Assembly: GCA_001600815.1 (NCBI GenBank)
Contig: BCKZ01000009.1
Coordinates: forward strand, 1-64,000
Direction: 5' to 3'
Length of the DNA: 64,000 bases
Source of the DNA: Alloascoidea hylecoeti
Lineage: Eukaryota
Below the pieces are notes generated by a model, which made no database searches, was not told the DNA's origin, and saw nothing but the letters and a program-made list of their open reading frames with translations. The position numbers and the translations under genes are program-made. This document shows positions 22,804 to 35,254 of the stretch, in pieces. Every line of letters starts with the position of its first letter. The stretch's first letter is position 1.

Positions 22804-24780
22804 ATGGAATCTCTTATAAGATATTTAGAAAAAGCAATAGATTCTCTTACTTATTGTTCAAAATTAAGAACAGGAGAAGTTAAAACTAATGAAGAACTTA
22901 AAGAGGTTTATTTAAATTCTCCACGAAAATTACTTTTAAATAATCTTGGACATTTAGAAAAAACATCAAATGATCTTTTACAATTTTTAGTTAATAATCC
23001 ATTAAAAATTCAACAATTAACAGAATATGATTTAGAATTAGTTAATTCAAATGCTTTAGAATTTGATAGAATTCTTTTATCATTTAATGCAGATTTAATA
23101 TTATTAAAAACACAATCATTTATTAAAACAACTGATTATTTTAAATTTGAACAAAAAAGAGCGAGATCTGTTTTAATAAGAGTTAATTTAGCATTATTTG
23201 CTTTATTAATTTATTCAACTATACCAAGTATTGATAATGATCTATCTATTTTAATGGAAAATATATGGACGAATTTTACAGAATTTTTTTTTATTGATTT
23301 AAATATAAAAGTTGATATTTATACAACATATTTAATTGATTTTGTAACACAATGGTATATTATTTATTTATTACAAAATAATTTAAAAGATCAATCATTA
23401 AGAAATTTAAAATCAGATGTTTTGATATTTGAAGATTTTTGGAAAAATAAAGCAATATTAACTGATTCAATATCACAATTTGAAAGAAGAAAAAAATTGA
23501 TTTCAAAAACTGTTATTGCTGCTTCAAGATCAAAAACAACAAAAAATAAACAAAATTTAATAATTGAAAGATTAACTAAATTATTTAATTGGGATTCATT
23601 TGTTAAATCAATGTCACTTTTTATTAATTTATTAACTGCTCGTTTAGATTCTGAAATTTTAAAAATGCAAGAAGAACAATATTATGATGAAGGTTTTGAA
23701 GAATCTTTATCTTCTGATTGCGAAGCTTATCCTTCAGATGAATTACGTGAAGAGTTAAAAGATTTAATTTATAAGAAAGGTGAGGGTATACCTTGGCGGA
23801 GATCAGATATCTTAAAACAATTCGATTGGATAAATCGCAAAAAGAATCAAAAAATTCAAGTAACACAACCAACTCAAGAAATTCGAGAGACTCAGCTACC
23901 ACAAGTAACTCAAGAAATTCAAGTAACTCAGGATTCACTAGTCACACAAAAAAATAACAATAACTATGAAGAAAAAATTAGTAATCTTGAAATGGAATTC
24001 AGTAATCCAATCAATGGTATGGCTACAAAATATTTACAAAACGATCCAATCTCTAGTTCCCTCGATGATGGTTTAAATAATGAATCGACACATCGTCAAA
24101 CAGATAGTGGATTTGTAACTATCAATAAATTACCTCTTCCTATTGATCATGAAAATCTAAACGGTAAACGTTCTAAAGGTAAACGTAGTAATGGTTCAAA
24201 ATTAACAATTCAAAAAGGTAAAAACAAAAAAAGTATTGAATCAAATGTTAATAAAGATACTTATGATATTTATAGTATTCCTGCTTCGGATGAAGATCTT
24301 AAAACTTCATCGAGATCCAGATTACTTGCTGTTAATGAGAAGCTTAAACATTCTAAACGTAAGCGTGGTGATGAATGGAAATCAATAGGTGTTCAGAAAG
24401 GTAAAACAAAAGAAATTATAGAAACTAGTGATAAAGATATTGATGACATTTATACAATGTCAAACCCTAAACATCAATATGGAAGAAGATCTCGTGGGAA
24501 ACAAAATAATGGAAAGAAGCACAATGAAAGAAATTCAAAATTAACTGATTCCTCATCATCACAAATAACAGAATCATCGCAAGAAAAAATGAATTTTAGA
24601 TTAACAGAAGATTCTGAAGATGAAGATCAAGTTGAAGTACAAGAAGTAATAAATTCATCGCATATAAAAAGACAATCTTTAGATTCTCGTTTAGCTTCGA
24701 AAAGAAGGAAACTTAGAAGTGATCAACCAAAAAAGGGATCATCTGCTTTGAAAAAATTGGCAATAAATATGAATATTTAG
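22804..24780 (+). CDS. 658-aa putative nuclear protein: TRFH (Tbf1/Taz1-type)-like N-terminal domain, TQ cluster, basic low-complexity tail
   Basis: Intact long ORF. Motif series LEKTSNDLLQFL, IRVNLALF, NFTEFF, LIDFVTQWYI, FERRKKL, LFNWDSFVKSM parallels the Tbf1 TRFH domain. Six TQ within about 32 aa; NLS-like KRRK. The ORF is secure; the product call is tentative. Confidence 0.6.
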   Translation: MESLIRYLEKAIDSLTYCSKLRTGEVKTNEELKEVYLNSPRKLLLNNLGHLEKTSNDLLQFLVNNPLKIQQLTEYDLELVNSNALEFDRILLSFNADLILLKTQSFIKTTDYFKFEQKRARSVLIRVNLALFALLIYSTIPSIDNDLSILMENIWTNFTEFFFIDLNIKVDIYTTYLIDFVTQWYIIYLLQNNLKDQSLRNLKSDVLIFEDFWKNKAILTDSISQFERRKKLISKTVIAASRSKTTKNKQNLIIERLTKLFNWDSFVKSMSLFINLLTARLDSEILKMQEEQYYDEGFEESLSSDCEAYPSDELREELKDLIYKKGEGIPWRRSDILKQFDWINRKKNQKIQVTQPTQEIRETQLPQVTQEIQVTQDSLVTQKNNNNYEEKISNLEMEFSNPINGMATKYLQNDPISSSLDDGLNNESTHRQTDSGFVTINKLPLPIDHENLNGKRSKGKRSNGSKLTIQKGKNKKSIESNVNKDTYDIYSIPASDEDLKTSSRSRLLAVNEKLKHSKRKRGDEWKSIGVQKGKTKEIIETSDKDIDDIYTMSNPKHQYGRRSRGKQNNGKKHNERNSKLTDSSSSQITESSQEKMNFRLTEDSEDEDQVEVQEVINSSHIKRQSLDSRLASKRRKLRSDQPKKGSSALKKLAINMNI

Positions 24781-25874
24781 TAACGTTAAATAATTTGTGT
24801 GATTTGGGAGTTATTTTTCTGCTATAGTTTATTGCAATTTTTATTTTTAATATAATATTGATATTCATTGACATAAACACATTTGTAATTGAAATTCATC
24901 GATTCTCAACATCTTAGCCATGGCCGGGAATACATAATTTTTTTTTTTTTTTCATACCCATTAGGACTTGTGATTGAGTGGAGGTTTTGGTACCAAAGAG
25001 GACCTTGAAGTGATATAAAGCACTTGAGACTTTAATGACCTAATATCATTACCAGCCGAAGTGAATTCATAATTTTTATGAAACTGACGTTCAGTTGAAT
25101 GAGACAACGGATAGTACTCTTTTTTACATACAGAGTTAGTCCTCAATTGGGTAGAAAATGGTGTTCCACAAAAATCCTATTCACACCAAAATCAAGTCCC
25201 CAACCAAAGAAAAATAAATTTCTTTCAGCAATTATCTATCAGGAAGGGATTAATCTCTTCTAATAAGATCTAAGAGTTCTGGAAGATTGCGATTTGGCTG
25301 TTTAATCTGGTGAATTCTGTGTCCGGATCTACCAAAAGACAACCTGTTTTAAGCTTTATGAAGAATTCGCAAAGGGGTTTTGAGTATGTTTTCGAAAACT
25401 AGGTCTTTTGGCGACGAAAATGGCCATGGTAGATGGAGAATTCTAAAGGAGCGATTAACAAAGAGTTCAATTTACACACTTAAACGGCTGGAGCTGTTTA
25501 AAATCATACAGAAACTTTTAAGTAAGGGTAGGAGAGGAAGGAATCCTCCGGCATTGAATTAAACAAACGAACGAATAGAAAATTGTCAGGAGAATCTATG
25601 ATATTTATACAAAATATTTAGTCAATCCATATTTTTTGGTGATGTCGAACACTATAGCTATAGATATATACATGTATGATTCTCTAATAGCTGGTAATGT
25701 GTAATGTCCTTAAACTAGCTGAGATCACCCACAAACACGTATATTCGTACCTTTAGATTGCAAAGAAATGGATGAAGTTCATAACCACTTTTTTTTCTTC
25801 TCCCTTTTTGTTATTAGAAAAGCTACAATATTGACAACAGTGAATACAGCTACCATTTATTATTGCGTTTTGTA

Positions 25875-26700
25875 CACAAAAATCTTAAGATGACATTAGA
25901 TTCTGTTTCTAATCTCCCTTATGAATTATCTCAAATAATCTTTTCAGATTTGCCAATAAAACAACCTTACTTAATTGTAGAGTGTCTACTGTAATGATAA
26001 ATATTTGGTTTCCACTTCATTAGATGGGTCTTGTATAATTTGGGAATTACCAGATTTTAAACCAACAGAACGTTTGCTATTACCAAATTTGGATTATTTC
26101 CTTCGAGGAGACATAAGATGCGTCGCTTTATACAATGATTATATTGTGTATTGCAATGGTGGAAATATTGGTGTTTAAAAATCAACTAAACTAAAGTTTA
26201 ATTTACAATTCTGTATAAACGAAGGGATTGATGGTATGTGCACAATGGTATTATATATGGTAGAGTATTTGGAGTTGTTACATTGTGGAATATTGAAACT
26301 GGTCAAAGAATCCAAGAATTTCGATTTGAACTTATAGGTTGCTTCACAGTAAATGATCAGTACTTAATTGCTAGTGACGAGTCACTGACGACTGACGAAT
26401 GCAAACTAAATGTTTTAGATTTACAAACAAATAACACATATATTTTATCAGATCAAGGAGAACAACCACAAAGTTTATGTATATATAATAATAAACTCGT
26501 TTCGGTTGATAATGATTCTACTATTAAGATTTAGACTTTAAATGATTTAAAACTATTTAAAGAATTCAAACATAAAAAGAGAGAGCTTAGTCCTTCTTTT
26601 TCAATTGATGTTGATTCAAAAGCGCTAGGTCTTCTTACTGGGGATGATGTTATTGTCATTTATGATTTTACGGAAAATTTAAGGAAAAAATATTTAAAAC
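25875..26700 (+). pseudogene. F-box/WD40 pseudogene, copy 2
   Basis: DSVSNLPYELSQIIFSDL, LVSTSLDGSCIIWE, VVTLWNIETGQRIQEF, LVSVDNDSTIKI*. Nucleotide blocks are shared with 12900-13975 in inverted orientation (e.g. gatttacaaacaaa, tattttatcagatcaa). Confidence 0.8.
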
Positions 26701-27436
26701 ATTTATAATCTATTGAAAATTTATATTTTGTTTTCTACAGTGAGCCCATATATTTATGATCCAGAAGTCTTGCAGAAGTGCAGTGATGGAAGAACGACAA
26801 CTAAAAAATAAGATCTATGTTAGTATTGTATTACTTTGTGTATTTAATACTCAAACTTACACCTTAATTTAGTTATATTTGTTCCTGCAAAAGGAAAAGA
26901 AGAAGAATAAAGTTTGTTTTGGGGTTTTTATATGTTATGTTATCTATAATCATGTAACATCCGAACTACGAAAGAAAATACGTCTATTGGATACGAAGGG
27001 TTCACTGAAGAGGTTGATATGTGGATGACCGTTTTCATGGAGAAAGAGGTAATTGCGTCACATCTGTATGTGTACTCTCGGCATTCTGAAATTCAATTAT
27101 TAGATTCAGGGTGCCAAAATCTTTTGGATATTTAAATATTTTAGAAAAACTGATTATATTAAGTCTATATAGAAAGTGTGCATAGTAAAACAGATAGTTG
27201 TGGATGCTAATTACAAAGAAAAGTTTAACAGTTCATATCCGCCACATATATATATATTAATTATAATTAACGTGTGTGTGGCTGTAACATGTGGCTGATA
27301 TTATATAATATATTTCTTTCTCTTACATAATCAAGTTTACTGTGTCATGTGACTAGTTCAGAAAAAAAATTATAGCAATTTTCATTTTTCAATGCCCAAA
27401 CCTGAGTATCTGTAAATATCTCCCATTACTCAAAAA

Positions 27437-28828
27437 ATGACCGAATCCCGGATTAAAATCAAATTAATAACAAGAGATGAGAATACAGATTTACATGTTC
27501 CTGATTCGTCTCTGTATGTTGGAACGAGCTTAAAACGATATGGTCTTAGTGAAATTGTTAATCATCTCATCCAAGCAAATTTAGGAACAGAAGAGGATAT
27601 GAATCCTGTTCCATTTAATTTTTTAATTGATGGAGTATTATTGCGTGGCTCAATTAATGATTATTTGGTTAAAAATGGATTATCAAATGAAGTTTTTTTA
27701 ACTTTGGAATATACAAGATGTATTTTACCACCTTCTTGGTTAGCAAGTTTTAATGATGAAGATTGGGTTTCATCAGTTTCTATAAAACCTAGTGGAAATC
27801 AAATTTTATCAGGTGGTTATGATGGTGTTGTTCGTGTTTGGAATGATCAAGGAAAAGTTCAAAACAAATGTGTAGGGCATAAAGGAAGTGTTAAAGATGT
27901 TAAATGGTTACAAGGTGAAAGATTAGTTAGTTGTGGAACAGATAGAGAATTACGATTATGGAAATTTCAATCAAAACAACAAAATGATAGTGATGATGAA
28001 GCAATAGATATTGATTTTGAAAACGATGGTAAAGTAATAGAAGCCAAAACAATCGCTGTATTACAAGGTCATACAGCTCCAGTTGAATCTTTAGCTGTTA
28101 ATCTTAAAGCAAATCGAATACTTTCTGCTTCAAGTGATAATTCATTAGGTTTATGGTCAACAAATCATAAAGAAATGACATCGATTGATCCAACATTAGG
28201 AATTAAATCACTTACTTCAACAGCCTCTCAAAAAAGACGTAGGTTAGCAACTAAAGATGTTAATATTAGACATAAATCTCCATTATCTTTATTGGAAGGA
28301 CATACCCAATCAGTAATGAATGTTTGTTTTGCTCCAGATGCAACAGTTGGTTATTCAGTTTCTCTAGATCATACTATAAAAACTTGGGATTTAGTTACAT
28401 CTAAAAATGTTTCAACAATGATTACAAATTTCTCTTTACTTAGTATTTTAAGTATGGATAAATTAGGTCTACTTGTTTGTGGTTCATCAGCACGTCATTT
28501 ATCATTACATGATCCAAGATCAATTGATAAAATTGAAGCATCAAAATTAACTGGTCATACAAATTTTGTTGTTGGATTAGCAGCATCACCTGAAAATGAT
28601 TATGCTTTATCAAGTTGTTCACATGATGGAACTGTTCGAGTTTGGGATATTCGTGCTCAAAAGAGTTTATTTGTAATTAAAAGAGAAAAAGGAGATAACG
28701 CTGAATCAAAAGATATTGGCGGAAATAAAGTATTTGGTATTGATTGGAATAAAGAAGTTGGAATTGTTAGTGGTGGTATGGATAAACAGATCCAGATTAA
28801 TAGAGGAACTGAGTTAACGAGTAATTAA
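27437..28828 (+). CDS. YTM1: Ribosome biogenesis WD40 protein Ytm1/WDR12
   Basis: NLE/UBL N-domain (LKRYGLSEIVNHL, PFNFLIDGVLLR, LTLEY), DWVSSV, WD repeats, GSSARH.LHDPR, GHTNFV. Confidence 0.97.
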   Translation: MTESRIKIKLITRDENTDLHVPDSSLYVGTSLKRYGLSEIVNHLIQANLGTEEDMNPVPFNFLIDGVLLRGSINDYLVKNGLSNEVFLTLEYTRCILPPSWLASFNDEDWVSSVSIKPSGNQILSGGYDGVVRVWNDQGKVQNKCVGHKGSVKDVKWLQGERLVSCGTDRELRLWKFQSKQQNDSDDEAIDIDFENDGKVIEAKTIAVLQGHTAPVESLAVNLKANRILSASSDNSLGLWSTNHKEMTSIDPTLGIKSLTSTASQKRRRLATKDVNIRHKSPLSLLEGHTQSVMNVCFAPDATVGYSVSLDHTIKTWDLVTSKNVSTMITNFSLLSILSMDKLGLLVCGSSARHLSLHDPRSIDKIEASKLTGHTNFVVGLAASPENDYALSSCSHDGTVRVWDIRAQKSLFVIKREKGDNAESKDIGGNKVFGIDWNKEVGIVSGGMDKQIQINRGTELTSN

Positions 28829-29290
28829 TGTCATAGTTAAAATACACAATTTCTCTATATGAATCAATTTGTTATAGCTGGGTGAGGTATTAAAGTTATG
28901 CCTACGTCGTTCTAATTAATTTATTCTACTTCTCTCCTTTTAATAACTATAAATTATTATGGGTTCAGGTGTGTTGACTGTCATTTCAATTGTTCATGGA
29001 AAGAAAATTATACAATATATAAGGACTGTAGTTATAAGCTTATACCAACACTACTTTAATATTAATTAAAAATACGATTATCAATACAATGTAGCCGTAA
29101 AAAATGTAGATATTTGTTTGACCAAATAAAGATGGTAAGCACTATTTCTAAGTTTTCATCCAATAATCATAATTACTTAGATAGGGTTTTCAATTAACTA
29201 AACCAAATACTGCTATAATATACGGGTTAATTTTGTGGTATACCATTGAATTCTGCAATTAATGCAAAACACCTCTCCATCACCTAAATA

Positions 29291-29866
29291 TTGTATTATT
29301 TATCAGACACAAATCAAATTTACCCACCAACTATATCTGGATTAAATTCAGCTAATTCTTCGACTATTTCCTTGCCACTGCTTGATATCAAAGTTAATCT
29401 CATTATCAACCAAATAATGAAAGACTATCCAATCCCCAGAAAGACATTTCACAGAAGATTTAAAAGGGTAAAACATACAGTGAAACTCTTCTTTACCAAA
29501 ATTCATAATTATAAAAATCCATCGACACGTAAACTCAACTCAAAATATAATGATCATTCCTCTCCATATAAAACAAACCCCAAACTTCATCGTCTCTGGA
29601 AAAAAAGAGCTGCACAACATTATGAAAAGCACTATGATTGTTCAATGTCAGAAATAGAATCATCTAAGAGGGTTAGAATCCAAGAATTTGTCCCTTTACC
29701 AACACGTTTGTTCTGGCGCTTCATGACTGGGACGGGGATTATTCCAAAGAAGTCTGTTGTAAGACAAATTGGAGATAGAAATAGACATTTAATTGGATTA
29801 AGTAATAGGAAACGATTGAAGGATGGGAGAACTATCATAATAAGAAAGAATAGAAGGAGTGGATAG
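29291..29866 (+). CDS. Hypothetical basic protein; start uncertain (first ATG at 29417)
   Basis: 191-codon open frame, Lys/Arg-rich, with a structured-looking segment EFVPLPTRLFWRFMTGTG. No family recognised. Confidence 0.4.
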   Translation: MYYLSDTNQIYPPTISGLNSANSSTISLPLLDIKVNLIINQIMKDYPIPRKTFHRRFKRVKHTVKLFFTKIHNYKNPSTRKLNSKYNDHSSPYKTNPKLHRLWKKRAAQHYEKHYDCSMSEIESSKRVRIQEFVPLPTRLFWRFMTGTGIIPKKSVVRQIGDRNRHLIGLSNRKRLKDGRTIIIRKNRRSG

Positions 29867-31240
29867 GGCTAGGAATTGTATAAGGTATCAGCTGCAATGT
29901 TAATTAGGTGGGTATTTATTACAGAAAGATATCGTATCAAAAGTTATATTTCCCTTAAAATAAAAGATTCTTCTGCTTCTTTTATTTTTCTTATAAATTT
30001 CTAGAATTAAAATAATTGAAAGATATCAATACAGCGCCTAAGCCCATCTTCAATGATATGGTCAATATTCCGCATAATTGGAACTTCTTTAAATAATATT
30101 GCTGATTGATTTATTAAAAGAATAACAATAATTTTATCATATTTTACATATGATGGAGATGAGATATCTGGTGAGACACACACACACAAGCTTGTGTAAG
30201 TTATAATTTAACAGATCCATATTAGATAAGGGTACATAAGAATCCATTAAAGTCTCTCTACAAAGCTTTATAGTCGGAATTATAAAATAACCTGTAACTA
30301 CAATGAACAATAGGTTTAAGCGTTATCATTAACAAGGACGCCGACAATTAGTTATGGTGTGACCGATCATTTCTAGTCAGTATGGCCGAAAATTTAGTCT
30401 AACTGAGATTAAGTGGCACGGCAAAATAATTATATATTCGTAAATATTGCTAATAAGCGTATAAGGCTTGTTTTAAATATAATTACAATTATAACTATGC
30501 CCTTGTCCAAACTGAGTTTGCCACTGTGTCAGCCTATAAGGCATATTTTCAACACCACGATTTGAATTCCTTTCAAAATTCAAATCCATCGACTGCTTTA
30601 ACTGCGTAGTGGATGTGTAAAATACATTAAGCCTTTAAGTATGTCAGACCCTGCTTTGCCAAGAACTTATTTTCAACTGCAAAGTATGGTTTTATAAACC
30701 TTGCGTTTAGCTTTTTCTTTATATTTTTAAAAGATACACCTTCAACGAGTGGCTAGAATTGTTGAATACACTAAAATTATCAACAATAAGACGAAAGAAA
30801 AAGTGGCAAACACGGTACTATTTGTAGATTTAGTTTAAAACTTATAATCAACAAAATAACTTGCAATGAAATATCCGCATAGCGGAAAATTTACCTATAA
30901 ATAATATCCGAAGTTATAATTATAATATAAAAGATTAACATATTAATAGAAATACTATTGATAACTTTAAAATGATTAATAGAAAAAATGTATATCAAGA
31001 AATTTTAAAGTTGTTATTTAGAAGCAGAATGAAAATAAGCTCGTTAATATCATTTAAAAATGGTAAATTGTGCTGGAAATGACTTTAATAATCGTCATAC
31101 CGAAGCCAAAGAAAATATGATTATCATATAATTATTAATTTAATTTAAACATGACCTCAAATAGTATATAACTTTACATTTATCCTGTTTTCTCTTCTCC
31201 CCTACATCATTAATATTTCATACCATACCCATATAAAAAG

Positions 31241-32941
31241 ATGAGCCAGAATGGCAACAAAAATAATGATAGTATTTTACTTTCTCAATATCCGTCATCA
31301 CCACAGTCTTTAAAAAGAGAAGATTCTCGTATAGAAGATGCCGGTGATGGAACTGTCGCATCTGATCAATACTTACATGGAGTTAAATTGATCTTATGTT
31401 CTGCTGCAATTTTATTATCAATTTTTTTATCTGCTTTAGATCAAACTATTGTTGCTACTATTATTTCAGCTGTTGGTAATGAATTTAATGGCTTTACTAA
31501 AATTGGTTGGTTAACTTCTGGATTCATGTTACCTGTTGCTGTTTTAGCCCCAACGTGGGGTAAAATATCAATTATATTTGGTAGAAAATCAACAATGTTA
31601 ATATCTATAATATTATTTGAAACTGGGTCTTTAATATCTGCTTTATCAAATTCAATGGATTTGTTAATTGGTGGTAGAGTAATTGCAGGTATTGGTGGTG
31701 GTGGAATTCAATGTCTTTCAAATATTATTGCTTCGGAAATTGTTCCTATTCAAAATAGAGGATTTTCATTTGCATTAATTGGTGCATCTTTTGCTATTTC
31801 TTCTGTTATTGGTCCTCTTGTTGGTGGTGCTTTTACAACTCATGTTACTTGGAGATGGTGTTTTTATATTAATTTACCTATTGGTGGTATTGCTTTTTTA
31901 TTTTTAATGATTGTTTTTAATCCTCCAAAACCAAAAGGATCTATAAAAGAAAAATTAAAACGTGTTGATTATATTGGAACTTTTTTAGTTTCATCTAGTA
32001 TAGTTTTAATATTACTAGCATTAACTTGGGGTGGTGTTGAATATGATTGGGATTCGTCTGCAATTATATTATGTTTTGTTCTTGGTGGATTACTTGTTAT
32101 AGGTTTTATTGTTTGGAATTTTAAATTCTCAAAAGATCCATTGATTCCTTGGAGAATAGTTCGAAAGATTAAATGTCTTGGTGCTGTCTTAACAATGGCT
32201 TTTAATTTTGCTTATTTCATGGCTTCTGTTATCTTCGTAACCGTTTATTTTCAAGTAGTAAGAGGTGTAACTGCTTGGAAAAGTGGTATTGATTTATTAC
32301 CAATGATTATAGCTACAACATTATGTTCTATGTGTAGTGGAATAGTAGTAGCTAAAACAAGATATTTTAAACCAATTTTATTACTCGGTATAATTTGTGG
32401 TCCAGTCGGTTGTGGATTATTAACACTTTTAGATGTTAATTCAAATATTGGTGAACGAGTTGGATATCTTATATTACCAGGTATGGGTGTTGGATTAATA
32501 TTTCAATCATCAATGATGAGTACACAAATGTCTGCACCACGAAATAATGGTGGTACAATTTTAGCAATTTCATTTTTTAACTTTTCAAGATCTTTAGGTG
32601 CAACAATTTCAGCAGATGTTGCACAAACAATTTTTTCATCATCTGTTAAAAGTTATATTGCGACTGCCTTTAAAGGAGAAACAGAAACTCTTTCAAAATA
32701 TGGTATAACTAATCCATTATTATTAATGAATTCACCTAATTTGATTAAAAATTTACCTGAGAATGTGAAAATTATTATTTTAAAACAAGTTTCTAAAGCA
32801 ATTAGAAACGTTAATTATTTTTCTCTTGGATTATCATTAGTTGGTTTTATATTTGGTTGTTTTACAACAAATGAAAGAGTTGAAGTTGTTAAAGTTGAAA
32901 AACCAAATACAAATGATGAAGAAAAACAATCAGATAGTTGA
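31241..32941 (+). CDS. DHA2-family (14-TMS) drug:H+ antiporter, AZR1/SGE1-like
   Basis: LSALDQTIVATI, WGKISIIFGRK, GRVIAGIGGGGI, GPLVGGAFT..VTWRWCFYINLPIGG. Confidence 0.93.
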   Translation: MSQNGNKNNDSILLSQYPSSPQSLKREDSRIEDAGDGTVASDQYLHGVKLILCSAAILLSIFLSALDQTIVATIISAVGNEFNGFTKIGWLTSGFMLPVAVLAPTWGKISIIFGRKSTMLISIILFETGSLISALSNSMDLLIGGRVIAGIGGGGIQCLSNIIASEIVPIQNRGFSFALIGASFAISSVIGPLVGGAFTTHVTWRWCFYINLPIGGIAFLFLMIVFNPPKPKGSIKEKLKRVDYIGTFLVSSSIVLILLALTWGGVEYDWDSSAIILCFVLGGLLVIGFIVWNFKFSKDPLIPWRIVRKIKCLGAVLTMAFNFAYFMASVIFVTVYFQVVRGVTAWKSGIDLLPMIIATTLCSMCSGIVVAKTRYFKPILLLGIICGPVGCGLLTLLDVNSNIGERVGYLILPGMGVGLIFQSSMMSTQMSAPRNNGGTILAISFFNFSRSLGATISADVAQTIFSSSVKSYIATAFKGETETLSKYGITNPLLLMNSPNLIKNLPENVKIIILKQVSKAIRNVNYFSLGLSLVGFIFGCFTTNERVEVVKVEKPNTNDEEKQSDS

Positions 32942-33639
32942 AATCACTATAATTCACAGCAACAATATAAATAATCATGAAAATACCGATCAAACAATTT
33001 CTAACTATAAGATTATAATCAACGTTAATCACGATGAACGTCGACGATAATTAATCCCCACATTCATTAGTTAAAATGCTAACAGTAACACTGATTATCC
33101 CTAGCTATCTTTATTCCTTCAAACCTAAGAAGGTTTTAATTTAATTGTAAAAATATGCTACATATTAGTTATAAAAATTATACTTTTCGTGATCAACGCT
33201 TGACAACGAAAAATTGAAGAAGAAAAAGAATAAGGTACTTAATTGCTGAGGTGTAGAATAGGCTAGAGAACCTTAAGGGAAGAAACATGATGGAACATAA
33301 TTTATGATGCATTCACTATGTGTGGAGATATCTCAATATATCAATAGCTATAGATATAATATACATTATTAAAACTATTTTTATTATCATATCATTTTTC
33401 ACAAACACAAACACAAAAATGACTTTGTGCTAAAATGGAACTATAATTTAAAAGAAGATTTCTAGAAACTAATCATTAAAAGAAAGAATTTTAGATTTTA
33501 TTGTGATTGTATTATTACATTTGGTTGAGTTCGTACGATATACTGATACCGTGTTGTGCTCGTGTTAGTGAGGACATCACAATTAATATCCTTTCACTAT
33601 ATATCCTTAAACAGTATCAATTGCAATAGCATTTTTCCT

Positions 33640-34330
33640 TTTGATAAGCCTAATTTTAAAAGTTAGCCTCATAACATATTATACATACATGTGTAAGAAT
33701 GATAAAATACTGCACCTAGATTTCCAGCTTTTAAAAGTATAGAATAAAGATACTACAATATTTGAACTTTTTATTGTTGACAAAACCAAACTTGAGGTCG
33801 TGACATGATATAAATTTAACCCATCAGAAACTTTGCGTAATATAAATATCCTTTAATTCAATACCTAATCCTTTCTTCAGAACATTGAGATTCAGTCAAC
33901 GTTACTGGAATGGAAAAAATAGCATATTTGAATACATAACAACATTCAATGTTCAAAAGGATTCAAAGAAGCAGATAATGTTTATGTCATAGAAAGATAT
34001 GGCCAACGTTTATCGTTTTTATTATTAACACCCAAACATCCAAATATAGGTATAACAGTTAGATAAAAGGAATTTGATCCATTCATATCATAGATAGAAA
34101 TACAAATACATGTATTAAAGTAACTTATAATTAATACTTTTATACAGTATAATCTGGTGAATTGGTTTCTGTAAATGAAACAAAATCTTATAATTAAGTT
34201 TTCAGTCTTACAATTACAAATCTTGAGAACTTAGCGAGCTTTGGGATAATCAGCAAAATGGCGATCAATGGTAGGTCCAACAATATTGATAATGAAAATA
34301 TTATACTGACAAGTACTAGATATTCAGCCA
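33640..34330 (-). pseudogene. Orphan family X remnant, copy A (mini-intron 33688-33650)
   Basis: The reverse complement shares ttccattccagtaacgttgact, caaag.ttctgatgg, aagtttgg and cacatgtatgtat..gctaactttt..taggc with 54570-54930 and/or 57030-57480. A hydrophobic reading LVSIIFSLSILLDLPLIAILLII lies upstream. Confidence 0.7.
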
Positions 34331-34883
34331 TTGTAGAGTTAATTTTGTAAACTATGATATCCATGAGTTACTTTGAATAACATTGAAATTTTATTAAATA
34401 ACTAAAAGATCTTCTAAAAGCTATACCAGTGTAGATACACTATGAATAAAGAACGTTGCCCCCAATTAGATCGGTTCTATCTATAAATATCATCGGCTAG
34501 AAATATATAGTAAACATAATTCCATTTCACAACCGCAAACTATTGACATAAAAAGTAATTATTAGTTAGTTAATCACTCCCTATAATTAGAAATCTAAAC
34601 AAAAAGAACATTTAATAAGCATCATTCATTATAAATTTGATAAAACAATCAGATATAAGGTTGGATAGGTAAGTTCTCTTCACAAGAAATAGTCAGAGTG
34701 AGCTGAGAAAATGTATCATCATTTTCGAAATCAATTTTTATATTATAAATGTATTGAGCTTATTAATGTTCTTCTTTCATTTTTGTTGTTGTGGAATAAA
34801 CACATACCTATTGTAATGTAATTGATAAAAAAAGGAAAGAAAGAAGTGAAAAAATATGAAAAGTTTTTTAAGCAACGATGTAT

Positions 34884-34891
34884 CCGGGTAA
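34884..34891. promoter_or_regulatory. Reb1-type site CCGGGTAA upstream of SIP3
   Basis: Exact consensus about 370 bp upstream of the ATG. Confidence 0.45.
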
Positions 34892-35254
34892 TATTATTTA
34901 TATTAGGGAAAAAAATCAAAAAATTTAATGACCTGTGTTTTCTTTTTAAATCTAATTGTAATGTCTATACTGGTTTTCTGGGAATGAAGTGATTCAATGG
35001 ATTGTAGAGTAAGTGGTGTATTTATAATTGTAGAGTGGTTGTTAGTAGGAACTCCATCTTTTTCCAATAATTCTGGCGATTATATCCTACTAAGATCATA
35101 CTAATTATATGTACAGTATGCAGCGAAATTACATTAACTTCAGCCGCGTATTAGAGAATAATACTGCGAAAGTGAAAGGATGTAATGTGGTTAACCACAT
35201 CAAAGAAAGGAAAGCAAACCTCCTACCGGAGATAGATTTACACCTTTAAAATCA

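Noticed and set aside
24938..25562. Possible LINE 3' fragment with a poly(A) tail on the minus strand
   Set aside because: The stop-poor frame and T tract are suggestive, but there is no diagnostic motif or TSD.
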